Positions 48,502-57,393 of a stretch of DNA of 64,000 nucleotides are shown in pieces (positions within the stretch are counted from its first letter, which is position 1; each line of letters starts with the position of its first letter). The DNA is from Phycisphaerae bacterium. GTDB taxonomy: Bacteria > Planctomycetota > Phycisphaerae > Sedimentisphaerales > Anaerobacaceae. The stretch covers positions 3,655 to 67,654 of the forward strand of contig JAUXAB010000013.1 of NCBI GenBank assembly GCA_030615025.1, in the 5' to 3' direction. A model generated the notes under the pieces. The model had not been told where the DNA came from. It made no database searches and saw nothing but the letters and a program-made list of their open reading frames with translations. The position numbers and the translations under genes were made by a program.

Positions 48502-51066
48502 ATGAAAAGTGCAAAAATGTCAACAATTGTGGTTCTGGTTTTTGGCCTGATGGTCTGGTCGGCGTCGATGGCCCACGGCAAGATACATCTGACCGTGAAC
48601 GGCAAGCCGCTCGATTCAATTACGTTAGAGCTGGGCCAGTCGTGTACTGTCGAGGTCGTATCGGATGACAGTACGTCTTACGAGGATGCTGTTGGCTTTG
48701 GTAATCCTGATGCGCCCCGGCCTCAGATACCCCGGGTTCTTGGGGATTTTTCGCATCTTGAGACCAGGCCGGAAGCTGGTAATTCCGCCACTGTAATAAA
48801 AATCACTGATCTTTATTTTTACGGTTATGGTGTTAAGGCTGCTGGTAGGGGTATAACACCCGGAGTTCATTTTGTCTTCGAATACGTGGCGCAACAGGTC
48901 GGTGAAACCGATGTGAAACTCTACGATAGTACATTTACGAATGTGATAGATTCGGTACACATCGCGGTTATACAGCCTCAACACCTGAGGGTAAACGGCC
49001 AGGACGTCCGTTCAATTACGTTAGAGCAGGGCCAGACGTGTACTGTTGAAGTCGTATCTACCGTCAGTACGTCTTACACAGACTATGTCGGCTTTGATAA
49101 TGGCGTAGTCCTTGGGAGTTTTTCGCATTATGAAACGACACCCTTGGCTGGTGATATGGCAAGAGTAACAGAATATAATAAGCCGGATTTTTACGGCTAT
49201 TATGTTGTGGCTGCCGGGTTTAAACCCCCGCCATCTGCCGGGGTTCATTTCATCTTCGAATACGAGGCACTACAGGTCGGTGAAACGGATGTGAAACTCT
49301 ATGACGAGACACTTACATCAGAGTTAGATTCTGTACACGTCACGGTAATGACTCCGGCGCCAATGGGCACGGCCTTTACCTATCAGGGACGTCTGCTGGA
49401 TGCCGGCAGCCCTGCGGACGGCCTATATGACTTTGAGTTTAAACTCTATCGCGCCCCTAATGGAGGTATCCAGGAAGGAAATGCGATTGATATAAACGAT
49501 GTTGATGTTATCGATGGGCAGTTTGCAGTGGAATTGGATTTCGGCAGCGATGTTTTTGCCGGCGATGCCCGCTGGCTCCAAATCGGTGTTCGGCCAGGTG
49601 ACAGCAGCGGCGGCTTTACCACTCTAAGTCCGCGGCAGGAGATAACACCTGTGCCTTACGCTCTGCATGCGTCGAGCAGTAAGGTAAAACAGCTTATTGC
49701 GGATTTTGTAGTTGCTTCCGGCGAAAGTGTTACTGCCGGGGATGTGGTCGTTTTCCTTAACGGATATGTTCAAAAAGGGTTTGCTGCGACAGGCGATAGG
49801 ATTAGCTGTGGCTCAGAGTATGTGTTTAATCCATCCTACACCGGTTACATGTCAGCTGCCGCCCTGTCTTCAACCAAATTCGTGGTGGCCTGCATGGATA
49901 AGGGATACTATGATTACGGCATAGCGGTCATCGGCGATGTTTCAGGTAGTAGTATTACCTATGGCTCAAAATATGTGTTTGACCTCTTCACTGGCGCCAT
50001 CTCAGTTGCCGCCCTTTCTTCAGATAAGTTCGTGGTGTCCTATAGGGCTACTGGATACTATGATTACGGCGTAGCGGTCATCGGCGATGTTAGCGGTAAT
50101 ACTATTGCCTACGGCTCAACATATATATTTAATGAAGCTACGACTGACTGGACCAAAGTTGCTGCCCTTTCTTCAACTAAGTTCGTGGTAGCTTACAGGG
50201 ATTATGGCAACTTTGATTACGGCACGGCGGTCATCGGCGATGTTTCAGGGGATAGCATTACGTATGGCTCAGAATATGTGTTTAACCAAGCCGTCACTTC
50301 CCACACCTCAGTTGCTGCCCTTTCTTCAAATGAGTTCGTGGTAGCCTATAGGGATGGAGGTACTAGCGGCACTGCGGTCATCGGCGACGTTTCCGGTAAT
50401 ACTATTACCTACGGCTCGGAGTATGTGTTTAGCTCAGCCGGCCCCTACTGTATCTCAGTTGCCGCCCTTTCTTCAGCTAAGTTCGTGGTAGCTTACAGGG
50501 TTTATGGCAACTTTGATTACGGCACTGCAGTCATCGGCGATGTTTCAGGTAGTAGTATTACCTATGGCTCAGAATATGTGTTTAATCCAGCCCCCACCGG
50601 CCCATACATTGGAGTCGCTGCCCTCTCCTCAACCAAATTCGTGGTAACATACGAGGATGAGGAGGGATACTATGATTACGGCAGGGCAGTCATCGGCGAT
50701 GTTTCAGGGAATAGTATTACCTATGGCTCAGAAAACGTGTTTAATGAAGCCTTCACTGGCTCCATCTCAGTTGCTGTGCTTTCTTCAACTAAGTTCGTGG
50801 TAGCCTACAGGGATGAGGGCAACTCTGATTACGGCACGGCCTGTATCGGAACCCTTCTTGCTGGCAATATAGTAGGAATTGCTAAGGAATCAGCAACAGA
50901 TGGCCAAACAGTCCCTGTAATCATTGACGGTGTTTCCGACGTGCATTCGGGTTTAATACCGGGAGTAGTTTATTATAGAGATGCAAATGGCGATTTGACC
51001 ACTGACCAAACTGTTTACAGGGTAGGTCTGGCTATCTCTTCTACCGAGATTCTTTTAGATAGATAG
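48502..51066 (+). CDS. Secreted fibre-like protein with duplicated N-terminal domain and about seven 50-aa repeats (cassette 2, large gene)
   Basis: The signal peptide and head are homologous to 42590-43357 at both aa and nt level. The N-terminal approximately 130-aa domain is present twice (aa about 25-157 and 160-285). After ...ITPVPYALHA come repeats VIGDVSG..ITYGSEYVFN...VAALSS.KFVVAYRD. SD AAGGAG before the ATG. Confidence 0.85.
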   Translation: MKSAKMSTIVVLVFGLMVWSASMAHGKIHLTVNGKPLDSITLELGQSCTVEVVSDDSTSYEDAVGFGNPDAPRPQIPRVLGDFSHLETRPEAGNSATVIKITDLYFYGYGVKAAGRGITPGVHFVFEYVAQQVGETDVKLYDSTFTNVIDSVHIAVIQPQHLRVNGQDVRSITLEQGQTCTVEVVSTVSTSYTDYVGFDNGVVLGSFSHYETTPLAGDMARVTEYNKPDFYGYYVVAAGFKPPPSAGVHFIFEYEALQVGETDVKLYDETLTSELDSVHVTVMTPAPMGTAFTYQGRLLDAGSPADGLYDFEFKLYRAPNGGIQEGNAIDINDVDVIDGQFAVELDFGSDVFAGDARWLQIGVRPGDSSGGFTTLSPRQEITPVPYALHASSSKVKQLIADFVVASGESVTAGDVVVFLNGYVQKGFAATGDRISCGSEYVFNPSYTGYMSAAALSSTKFVVACMDKGYYDYGIAVIGDVSGSSITYGSKYVFDLFTGAISVAALSSDKFVVSYRATGYYDYGVAVIGDVSGNTIAYGSTYIFNEATTDWTKVAALSSTKFVVAYRDYGNFDYGTAVIGDVSGDSITYGSEYVFNQAVTSHTSVAALSSNEFVVAYRDGGTSGTAVIGDVSGNTITYGSEYVFSSAGPYCISVAALSSAKFVVAYRVYGNFDYGTAVIGDVSGSSITYGSEYVFNPAPTGPYIGVAALSSTKFVVTYEDEEGYYDYGRAVIGDVSGNSITYGSENVFNEAFTGSISVAVLSSTKFVVAYRDEGNSDYGTACIGTLLAGNIVGIAKESATDGQTVPVIIDGVSDVHSGLIPGVVYYRDANGDLTTDQTVYRVGLAISSTEILLDR
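49770..50850 (+). repeat. About seven tandem coding repeats of roughly 150 nt
   Basis: GC(G/A)GTCATCGGCGA(T/C)GT recurs at 49924, 50074, 50227, 50374, 50527 and 50686. Some units share long near-identical stretches (49924-49975 versus 50527-50580). Confidence 0.8.
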
Positions 51067-51123
51067 AGACAATGATGACCAATTCTTTTAAGATGTGATG
51101 TGCAAAAAATCAGGAGTTTCACA

Positions 51124-51552
51124 ATGAAAACGATTATTGAAAATGGTTTTATCACGTTGGTAGCGGTATTGCTTTTAATGTATTCATCGGCTTTGGCGAT
51201 GAGCGGCGGAGACTATGAGTTGAGCTGGAGCACGATTGATGGCGGAGGCGGGCGGAGCAGTGGTGGGCCATACACGCTAACGGGCACTATTGGTCAGCCG
51301 GATGCGGCCTGGAGCAGTGGCGGCCAGTATGAGCTGTTAGGCGGCTTCTGGCCGGGCGGGCCGTTATGCTTTGTTGACTTCGCCAGCTTTGCAAAATTCG
51401 CTGAATGGTGGCTAGAGCCGGATTGTAAAGAAGACAATAACTGGTGTGGTGGAGCGGACCTTGACAAGTTGGGTAACGTTGACCATATCGACTTAGACCT
51501 GCTTGTAAAGCAGTGGCTGTGCTACTGCCCGCCGGGCTGGCCGTTGAAATAA
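51124..51552 (+). CDS. Small secreted GGxYEL-repeat protein with dockerin-like CPxGWPL tail (cassette 2, small gene)
   Basis: The ATG at 51124 follows AGGAG; the track ORF starts at GTG 51100. The core SGGDYELSWSTIDGGGGRSSGGPYTLTGTIGQPDAAWSSGGQYELLGGFWPGGPLC is a paralog of 44857-45276. Ends ...LLVKQWLCYCPPGWPLK. Confidence 0.75.
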   Translation: MKTIIENGFITLVAVLLLMYSSALAMSGGDYELSWSTIDGGGGRSSGGPYTLTGTIGQPDAAWSSGGQYELLGGFWPGGPLCFVDFASFAKFAEWWLEPDCKEDNNWCGGADLDKLGNVDHIDLDLLVKQWLCYCPPGWPLK

Positions 51553-52067
51553 GACTAACGGATGACAGACGACGGACGAGGGACGACGGACGATTGATGA
51601 CTGACGATAGACAACGAAGAGGGTTTTAATAGATTCCTCTGCGATCGGAATGACCCCGCACCTATTGCCCAGCACCAAGTTACGCAAGTTTGCTACTTGG
51701 GGCGGGACACGACGGCAGAAGCCTATCCTTCGATTACACTCAGGACAGGTTTCGTGCGGGGCAAGCAACGCCCGACAGTGCCGGGGGGGGGTAAAAAGGA
51801 CAAAAAAACCCCACCGCAGGGGTGGGGGCTAACCTAAAGAAGGGGGCAGGGGTGGGGAGGTTAATTCAAGACCTATCACCCCGGAAATTGCGGTGCTGTT
51901 GCCGGACGTCTATTACCCGACGCCGTTTCGGAAAAAGCACATCAAAAAGATTATTTTACACCAAGTGCGTCAATATTGCAATAAACTCGTATTTTGGGTA
52001 TTTTGACTGAGGTATTTGCGGCTGCTTTAGAAAAATCGACTTATGACAGTTTCCCTTAAAAAACAGC

Positions 52068-52619
52068 TTGCATATTTGCAACAACCAATATATAATTAAA
52101 ATGCAGGACTATTTTATGGGGCGAAAGGAGGCAGCTCCGATTGACGGCAACGGAATAAAAATTATGAGATATGGAACTGAAAAACGATGGTTACTGCCGG
52201 CGCTGATTGTCCTGGGCGTGTTGGTTGTGCTTTTTATAGGCAGCAAATTAGGCTCTCCGGCGACTGCCCAGGCAGAGCTGCAAACCGGCACAGACAGTGG
52301 GATTTTAGTGATTCCGGTCCAGATCGGACGCGATAGCTACGGGCTTGCGATGGTCGATACGGTTGGCCAAACCCTGTGGATCTACGAGCTGAACAGCCGT
52401 GGACCCGCCCACAGTCGCCTGAATCTATTAGCAGCACGAAGTTGGCGATACGATAGACTGCTGCAGCAGTACAACACCGCTGAGCCGAAACCGGAACAGG
52501 TCAAGATACTGCTGGAAAATTTAGGCCAAATGCAAAAAACGCCGAAGAAGGAAAAGCAGGATTCAGAAATGGACATTCTGGAAATAGCCGAGCCCGAGAG
52601 CAGAAAATCCGGTGGTTAG
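52068..52619 (+). CDS. Hypothetical protein with one TM helix
   Basis: Long ORF with TM helix WLLPALIVLGVLVVLFIG. The start is uncertain (52068, 52116 or 52164). No family recognised. Confidence 0.45.
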   Translation: MHICNNQYIIKMQDYFMGRKEAAPIDGNGIKIMRYGTEKRWLLPALIVLGVLVVLFIGSKLGSPATAQAELQTGTDSGILVIPVQIGRDSYGLAMVDTVGQTLWIYELNSRGPAHSRLNLLAARSWRYDRLLQQYNTAEPKPEQVKILLENLGQMQKTPKKEKQDSEMDILEIAEPESRKSGG

Positions 52620-52774
52620 CGGGTTCCCGTTTCACCTGTCCGGAGCAAATCTATCGATTTGCGAAAGATTGCAAAATGGGAACTCAGTGAAAAAATAAAA
52701 ATTCTTAAGTTTTTTGGCGAAAGCTAAAAAGGTATGTAAGGCCAAGTTGTTGGCTTGTGGGAGAATAAGTAACT

Positions 52775-54259
52775 ATGGCTACTATGTTCTATTCATTAAA
52801 GGAAGTTGCTGAGAAACTCAGTAAAACAGAGGATGAAGTAAGAGAAATAGCCAGGCAGGGCAGGCTGCGCGAGTTCCGTGAGGGCCCGAATTCGCTGTTT
52901 AAGGCCGATGAAGTCGAAGCATTGATGTCCGACACAAGTATTATGCCATCCACAGAGCCGCCTGCACCGTCAGAACAGAAACCAGAAGAGGATGAGATTT
53001 CATTGGCCCCGGAGCCAGTTGTGACACCGGAGCCAACCGAGATTCCGGTGCCACCTGAGACACCAGTGCCGACTGAGGCTCCGGAGCTAATCGAGACTCC
53101 ACAGCCAACCGAGACTCCGGCTCCGGCCGAGACTCCCAAACCTGCTGAGCCCCCGGCTCCACCATCTGAGACTCCAACGCCGCCTGAGACGCCGGAGCTA
53201 ATTGAGACGCCGGAGCCAGTTGTGACGCCGGAGCTAATTGAGACGCCGGAGCTAATCGAGACTCCACAGCCAACCGAGACTCCGGCTCCGACCGAGACTC
53301 CCGAACCTGCTGAGCCCCCGGCTCCACCATCTGAGACTCCAACGCCGCCCGAGACGCCGGAGCCAACCGCAGCGCCAGAGCCAATTGTCACGCCAGAGCT
53401 AACTGAGACGCCAGAACCAGCTGTGACTCCGGAACCAACTGTGACTCCGGAGCCAACCGCGGCACCACTGCCGGATGATAGTCTGGGGCTAATTGAGATT
53501 CCGGAACCGGATGTCACTCCGGAGCCGACCTTGGCGCCGGAGCTAAGCGGCACACCAGTAGAAGAAAGCGACCTGAGCGCCGCGGACACTGCCATAGCAG
53601 GCTCAGGTATCGACGTCCTCGATGAAACCGGCAGCCGTGCGCAGTCAACAGATGACACCGTAATAGAGGCCAAAGACACAACGGCTGAAACGCCATTGCA
53701 AGAGATTGAGGAAGATGTAAACCTGGATAGTTTTGGCAGTGGCTCGGGTCTGCTGGACCTCTCGCTGCAGGCTGACGATACTTCATTAGGCGGCATTCTT
53801 GACGAGATTTATGCGCCCGAGGCCGACGAAGGCGAGCAGGCCGGGGAAACAACTGGTTCAGCAGTGGAAATGGCCGCTGAGGCAGCGCAAATGCTGCCGG
53901 AAGAGGAGCTTACCGCCCCAGAACCGGCCCCAGCGGTACCGGCAATAGCTCAAGCGTATGTCGAGCCGGAGCCGGATACGGTAAGCAACACGCTCGGGAT
54001 TGTGCTGTTTTTGCCCTTGTTGGCCATTATTTACACAGCGATAGTGGCGGTGACAGGTTTCAGCGATATTATGCCTTCAATCCTGGAAAAGATTCAGGGT
54101 ATAATCTGGTACATCGCGGGCGGCGCCGTTGTGGTAGCAGTCTTGATAGTCGGGGCCGCTTTCATGCTCAGCGGCAAAGCTGCTACAGCGGGCAAAAAGA
54201 AAAAAGCCAAGAAAGCCAAAGAAGCCCCGCCGCCGGCTCCAGAGGACGCGACCACTTAG
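52775..54259 (+). CDS. Membrane-anchored protein with N-terminal excisionase/MerR-like HTH, Pro/Thr/Glu-rich repeats and C-terminal TM helices
   Basis: YSLKEVAEKLSKTEDEVREIARQGRLREF resembles HTH_17/excisionase-type DNA-binding domains. About 200 aa of PE(P/T)xVTPE repeats. Two hydrophobic helices (LGIVLFLPLLAIIYTAIVAV, IIWYIAGGAVVVAVLIVGAAFML) and a Lys-rich tail. Confidence 0.6.
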   Translation: MATMFYSLKEVAEKLSKTEDEVREIARQGRLREFREGPNSLFKADEVEALMSDTSIMPSTEPPAPSEQKPEEDEISLAPEPVVTPEPTEIPVPPETPVPTEAPELIETPQPTETPAPAETPKPAEPPAPPSETPTPPETPELIETPEPVVTPELIETPELIETPQPTETPAPTETPEPAEPPAPPSETPTPPETPEPTAAPEPIVTPELTETPEPAVTPEPTVTPEPTAAPLPDDSLGLIEIPEPDVTPEPTLAPELSGTPVEESDLSAADTAIAGSGIDVLDETGSRAQSTDDTVIEAKDTTAETPLQEIEEDVNLDSFGSGSGLLDLSLQADDTSLGGILDEIYAPEADEGEQAGETTGSAVEMAAEAAQMLPEEELTAPEPAPAVPAIAQAYVEPEPDTVSNTLGIVLFLPLLAIIYTAIVAVTGFSDIMPSILEKIQGIIWYIAGGAVVVAVLIVGAAFMLSGKAATAGKKKKAKKAKEAPPPAPEDATT

Positions 54260-54462
54260 AAACTATCTCAAAACTGTCACCCCCTCGGCAAACTCGGGAC
54301 AGGCTCTGAGCCTTTCGCTTCGCTCGAGGACAGGCTCCGCGAAAGGTCTGGTTGTTTTCCTCTCAGCCATTGCTTTTTCATGTTGACAAAATAAGGCCTT
54401 TAATGTATTATAATATGTTGGAGTTTTGTTGCGAAATGCCCTTTTTTTGAAAAGGTGCGGCT

Positions 54463-55452
54463 ATGGACTCTCCAAAAGATAGACCATCCTGGGAATTCAG
54501 TTGGCGTTTTATCGTCATTTACGCCGGATTAATGGTTTTGGCCCTGGTGCTTGTAGTGGTCACGCTCTTGACCGACATTTTCCGGACGTCTGAAGAGGGC
54601 CAAATACCGCCGGTCGTATGGCTCCTTGTCGCGGCGGTACTTATGATTGCGATTATAGCAGTGCTCTCAAAAATACTTAAAATACTTGAAACAGTTCAAG
54701 GCAACGGTACAAAGCTCGAAAGGTTGATCGATGCTCTGGAAAAGAACCGCTCCGTACTCACACAAATCAATCAGAGTACTCACCTTAGCGAAGCGGCAAA
54801 GGCAATTGTATTCCGCGATGCAGACAGACAGTCTCTTAGAGAAGCCGTTCTTGATAAGCTCCAACAGCATGATTTTGATACGGCCTATGAAATAATTGAT
54901 GAAATTGCTCACCGTGCAGGATATAAAGAGCTGGCTGAGCAGTTGCGAGCCGAGGTGGATAAATACCGCGGTGCGACCGACCAGGGACGGATAGATCGGG
55001 CTATCGCGGATATCGAAAGGCTATTCGAAAGCTATCAGTGGGCCAAGGCAAATGCCGAGATTGAAAGATTAATCGGGGTTTATCTCGACCCCGAAGAAGC
55101 AAAAGCAATACGACAAAGACTGCTTGATAAAAAGAGAGAACGCAAAAAAGTATTGCTCAACGCCTGGGATGATGCCGTAAAGCGCCGGGCCACCGACCGC
55201 AGCCTGGAGATTCTAAAAGAGCTTGACCTCTACCTGACCCCTGAGGAAGGTTTGGCCTTGCAGGAAGCAGCAAGGGATGTTTTCAAGGACAAGTTGCACA
55301 ACCTCGGCGTCCAATTCTCCCTCGCCGTCTCCGGAGAGCAATGGGGCAAAGCGCTTCAGATTGGCCAGAAGATCATTCGCGATTTCCCAAACAGCAGAAT
55401 GTCTGTGGAAATCCGTGAAAGAATGGATGTCTTGAAGCAAAAAGTCCGGTAG
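54463..55452 (+). CDS. Hypothetical membrane protein (two N-terminal TM helices, helical C-terminal region)
   Basis: Long ORF with SD AAAGGTG. TM helices FIVIYAGLMVLALVLVVVTLL and VWLLVAAVLMIAIIAVL. No family recognised. Confidence 0.55.
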   Translation: MDSPKDRPSWEFSWRFIVIYAGLMVLALVLVVVTLLTDIFRTSEEGQIPPVVWLLVAAVLMIAIIAVLSKILKILETVQGNGTKLERLIDALEKNRSVLTQINQSTHLSEAAKAIVFRDADRQSLREAVLDKLQQHDFDTAYEIIDEIAHRAGYKELAEQLRAEVDKYRGATDQGRIDRAIADIERLFESYQWAKANAEIERLIGVYLDPEEAKAIRQRLLDKKRERKKVLLNAWDDAVKRRATDRSLEILKELDLYLTPEEGLALQEAARDVFKDKLHNLGVQFSLAVSGEQWGKALQIGQKIIRDFPNSRMSVEIRERMDVLKQKVR

Positions 55453-55484
55453 CAGGGCAGTTAAACAAACTGTTGATTTTTATC

Positions 55485-56051
55485 TTATTGAAAATCGAAC
55501 AGGGATTGAGTCTTAATCATTGTTACCTGTTCCGGATAAGCTGCAAAAGTGTGGATGTGCAGCTCATTTCGTCTTGCCTCGAAGTCAATATAGCAGAAGG
55601 GCTGCAGCCCCCCGATTTCTAAACCCGGGAACTTAACGAACACACCGCGGTTCCGGGCGAAGCGGTCAAGGTCGACATAGCTCTGCCGATACAAATTCGG
55701 ACTCATCTTCTCGACCTGAAAATCGGTCATATAACTTAACCCTTGGCTCAAAGTGCATTTGTGAGAGCGTGGGCCGCGGAATTGAAAACGCTCAATCAAG
55801 CCGCGAGAGGGAAGCATCTGGCCGGGTGTACTTACAACCTCAGTCAGGCACGCATCCTCGGCAAACACGCTGACAACATGAGTGCAGCCTGTAACCCAGA
55901 TAATCGCCTCGTATTTGGCGGTCTTTAATCGCCGAATGGCATAAATTTGGAAAAGCTCCGGATGCAAAGATCTTTGAAAAAGGCTGAATGTCAATTCCTT
56001 AATAGCCACATTGATTTGTGGTAATTCCATAATCCCGATATCCCAAAACAA
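55485..56051 (-). CDS. Hypothetical cytoplasmic protein
   Basis: 188-codon ORF with non-repetitive composition. TTG start at 56051; the ATG at 56030 is an alternative. No family recognised with confidence. Confidence 0.45.
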   Translation of the reverse strand: MFWDIGIMELPQINVAIKELTFSLFQRSLHPELFQIYAIRRLKTAKYEAIIWVTGCTHVVSVFAEDACLTEVVSTPGQMLPSRGLIERFQFRGPRSHKCTLSQGLSYMTDFQVEKMSPNLYRQSYVDLDRFARNRGVFVKFPGLEIGGLQPFCYIDFEARRNELHIHTFAAYPEQVTMIKTQSLFDFQ

Positions 56052-56233
56052 AAAACCTAACTTACAATGTTGATATTATTATACAAAATTACCGCATCTT
56101 ATTCAAGGACAATATCAGTATTGATAAGGCCGATTCTTGCACTTATAGGACGATTATTTTGCAAGTTCTGCGGGCTAAATGACTAACGGCTGGGAATTTT
56201 TTTTCAAAAAAATTAAAAACGCAACCGCTCCGA

Positions 56234-57232
56234 CTAATTTCCACTGCCAAAGAAAGCCGCATTGATAATCGTCGCAATAATATCGTAAAAGGCGTGAGTC
56301 CCCGCTGTAATTCCAAAACCACGAATTGCAAAAAGAACAGCAAAATAAACACCTGCGATTGTCCGAAAACCAAACTCAGTCCAGTTAAATGCAACACTTA
56401 GTGCCAATTGCCCGTTCACAAAAACTATATGATGATGTGCACTGAACAACCCTGCCGAGACAAGAACCGAAAGTATAATCGAGTTCTTACGAGTGAGCCC
56501 CAGAACATCCTGGAACAACAGCATCAAAACGCATATCAAAATCAACCGAAAAACAAGTTCTTCATAAATCCCCGCTCCTATACCGGTAACAATACTCGCC
56601 ACCAGAGATTCACTTTTTACCTCACTGCTGCCGGTCTCCGTAGCCGCCGACGGTAAACTGTTTCCTGTAACCGAAGAACAGCTCGGCAACGCTTTGTCGT
56701 ATTGCGTATTGTGAATTTCGAATTTCGAATCATACATCACGCACGCCTGTCCTGAGCGCAGCCGAAGGGACGCCCGACGAAATCGTGTCGCATTGTTATC
56801 GAGCCGGCCAATATCACCTTGTGGCTCGGGCGGACTATTCAAAAACAAACTCAACACAATCAACGGCACTGCAAGCAGAATGCACTCGGCGGCCATCGGC
56901 CAAAGATCGCCAAAACCAAATTCCCACCGTTTGCGTGACGCTAACTGCAGTGCTGTCAAAATTACTATAATCGCCAAAGGAGGTGCCACCCACGCCAATT
57001 TGTCGCTGGAACCCAGATGTTCGAGCAAATTCTGCAGCCATACAAACGCCACAACTCGAACCTGAGATTGCTTCAGCACGTCGGTATTGATCAAAATCGT
57101 TCCCACCTCGTAGAAGACAATAAACGGCAGCAGAAAAACTATAGCATAAATCGGCCGAGACGTCCGTTCAAGATAGGAATCTTGCGCAAAGTTAAGCAAT
57201 TGGCTTGTGCTGTATCCGTATCTATCCTTCAT
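56234..57232 (-). CDS. CPBP-family intramembrane glutamic endopeptidase (CAAX protease-like)
   Basis: Motifs YEELVFRL, FSAHH and HAFYD in hydrophobic helices. A central loop contains repeat-derived sequence (see findings). Confidence 0.7.
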   Translation of the reverse strand: MKDRYGYSTSQLLNFAQDSYLERTSRPIYAIVFLLPFIVFYEVGTILINTDVLKQSQVRVVAFVWLQNLLEHLGSSDKLAWVAPPLAIIVILTALQLASRKRWEFGFGDLWPMAAECILLAVPLIVLSLFLNSPPEPQGDIGRLDNNATRFRRASLRLRSGQACVMYDSKFEIHNTQYDKALPSCSSVTGNSLPSAATETGSSEVKSESLVASIVTGIGAGIYEELVFRLILICVLMLLFQDVLGLTRKNSIILSVLVSAGLFSAHHHIVFVNGQLALSVAFNWTEFGFRTIAGVYFAVLFAIRGFGITAGTHAFYDIIATIINAAFFGSGN

Positions 57233-57393
57233 CCGGTTAGCTGTTCTGGACCTTATAACTTTTCTGAACTTTTGTCCTTAAACATCAAAAAATTAGTTGA
57301 CTGAATCGCTTAAATTTCAGAGAGTTTACTTCAAATAAATCGAAATTACAATAGTCAAACACAGCGGCTTCTTCACAACAATAATTAAGGCCA

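Noticed and set aside
42590-51552. Prophage or tailocin interpretation of the tail-fibre-like genes; also a diversity-generating retroelement acting on their repeats.
   Set aside because: No capsid, portal, terminase, sheath, tube, baseplate, lysis or integrase gene flanks them. There is no reverse transcriptase and no template-repeat/variable-repeat pair with adenine-specific differences.
52789-53796. 335-aa minus-strand ORF opposite the HTH/PT-repeat gene.
   Set aside because: Its Ser/Gly/Val-rich translation is the reverse complement of the Pro/Thr/Glu repeats. It has no start context. The plus-strand frame has an SD, an HTH and TM helices.
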